A stretch of 64,000 bases of DNA from Amoeboaphelidium protococcarum X5. Lineage: Eukaryota; Fungi; Aphelidiomycota. The notes below the pieces were generated by a model that saw only the letters and a program-made list of their open reading frames with translations, did no database searches and was not told where the DNA came from. The stretch covers positions 806,001 to 870,000 of the forward strand of contig JALDTO010000251.1 in assembly GCA_023515725.1 (NCBI GenBank). Reading direction: 5' to 3'. Positions 63,648 through 64,000 of the stretch are shown here, piece by piece; positions within the stretch are counted from its first letter, which is position 1; every line of letters starts with the position of its first letter. The translations under genes were made by a program, and so were the position numbers.

Positions 63648-64000
63648 ATGGTCAACAATAGATATAACGTTGTTAAAGTGGACGAAAACAGCTGCGCCAA
63701 GGCAAGAGGTGCATATCTGCGCGTTCACTTCAAAAATACTCGCGAGACAGCAATGGCTGTTAAGGATATGAATGTGCACAAGGCTTTGTAGTATTTGGAG
63801 GCTGTTAAGGAGCACAAGCGTTGTATTCCATTCCGTAGATTTAAGGGTGGTGTCGGTAGAACTGGATAGGCTTTGGAATTTGGCGTCACTCAGGGTCGCT
63901 GGCCTGTGAAGAGTGTTAAATTCATTGAGGGATTGTTGAAGAACGCGCTTGCCAACGCTGAGGCCAAGCAGTTGGACACTGACTCTCTATACATTAAGCA
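63648..64000 (+). CDS. RPL17: 60S ribosomal protein uL22 (3'-partial)
   Basis: [51 protein letters not shown]. Confidence 0.97.

Noticed and set aside
1-64000. Mass pseudogenisation or sequencing errors as the cause of fragmented ORFs
   Set aside because: Interruptions are only TAA/TAG, frames stay intact, and essential genes are affected equally

Overview
Gene-dense eukaryotic genomic DNA with fungus-like proteins and short GT-AG introns. It uses a non-standard nuclear code: TAA and TAG read as Gln and only TGA terminates, so the supplied ORF track shows only fragments. Fungus-like genes, an IFT gene and this code point to an aphelid such as Amoeboaphelidium (inference). Re-reading with TAR=Gln gives about 30 genes, including the IFT172 3' end, a YTH protein, COX10, TAF14, ITPK1, an intersectin-like GEF, FEX, an ER DnaJ, CMC4, HisRS, NUF2, FZO1, PTS, CTR9, COA1, a class II HMG-CoA reductase, VMA13, gephyrin, an ESCRT-III protein, transportin and RPL17. 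The most unusual part is an accessory block at about 31.5-43.9 kb. It holds two near-identical 3.9-4.1 kb copies of a receptor-like kinase gene (beta-propeller, mucin stalk, TM helix, C-terminally truncated kinase). Between them lie an intact Crypton-type tyrosine-recombinase element and a hairpin-ended element carrying a LINE fragment, and both inner duplication breakpoints coincide with element ends. Other notable items are a bacterial-type HMGR, a putative ESCRT-III/ubiquitin-like fusion, a frameshifted nuclease-kinase (Crinkler-like) pseudogene and an apparently truncated CTR9. All translations were done by eye and no database searches were run.
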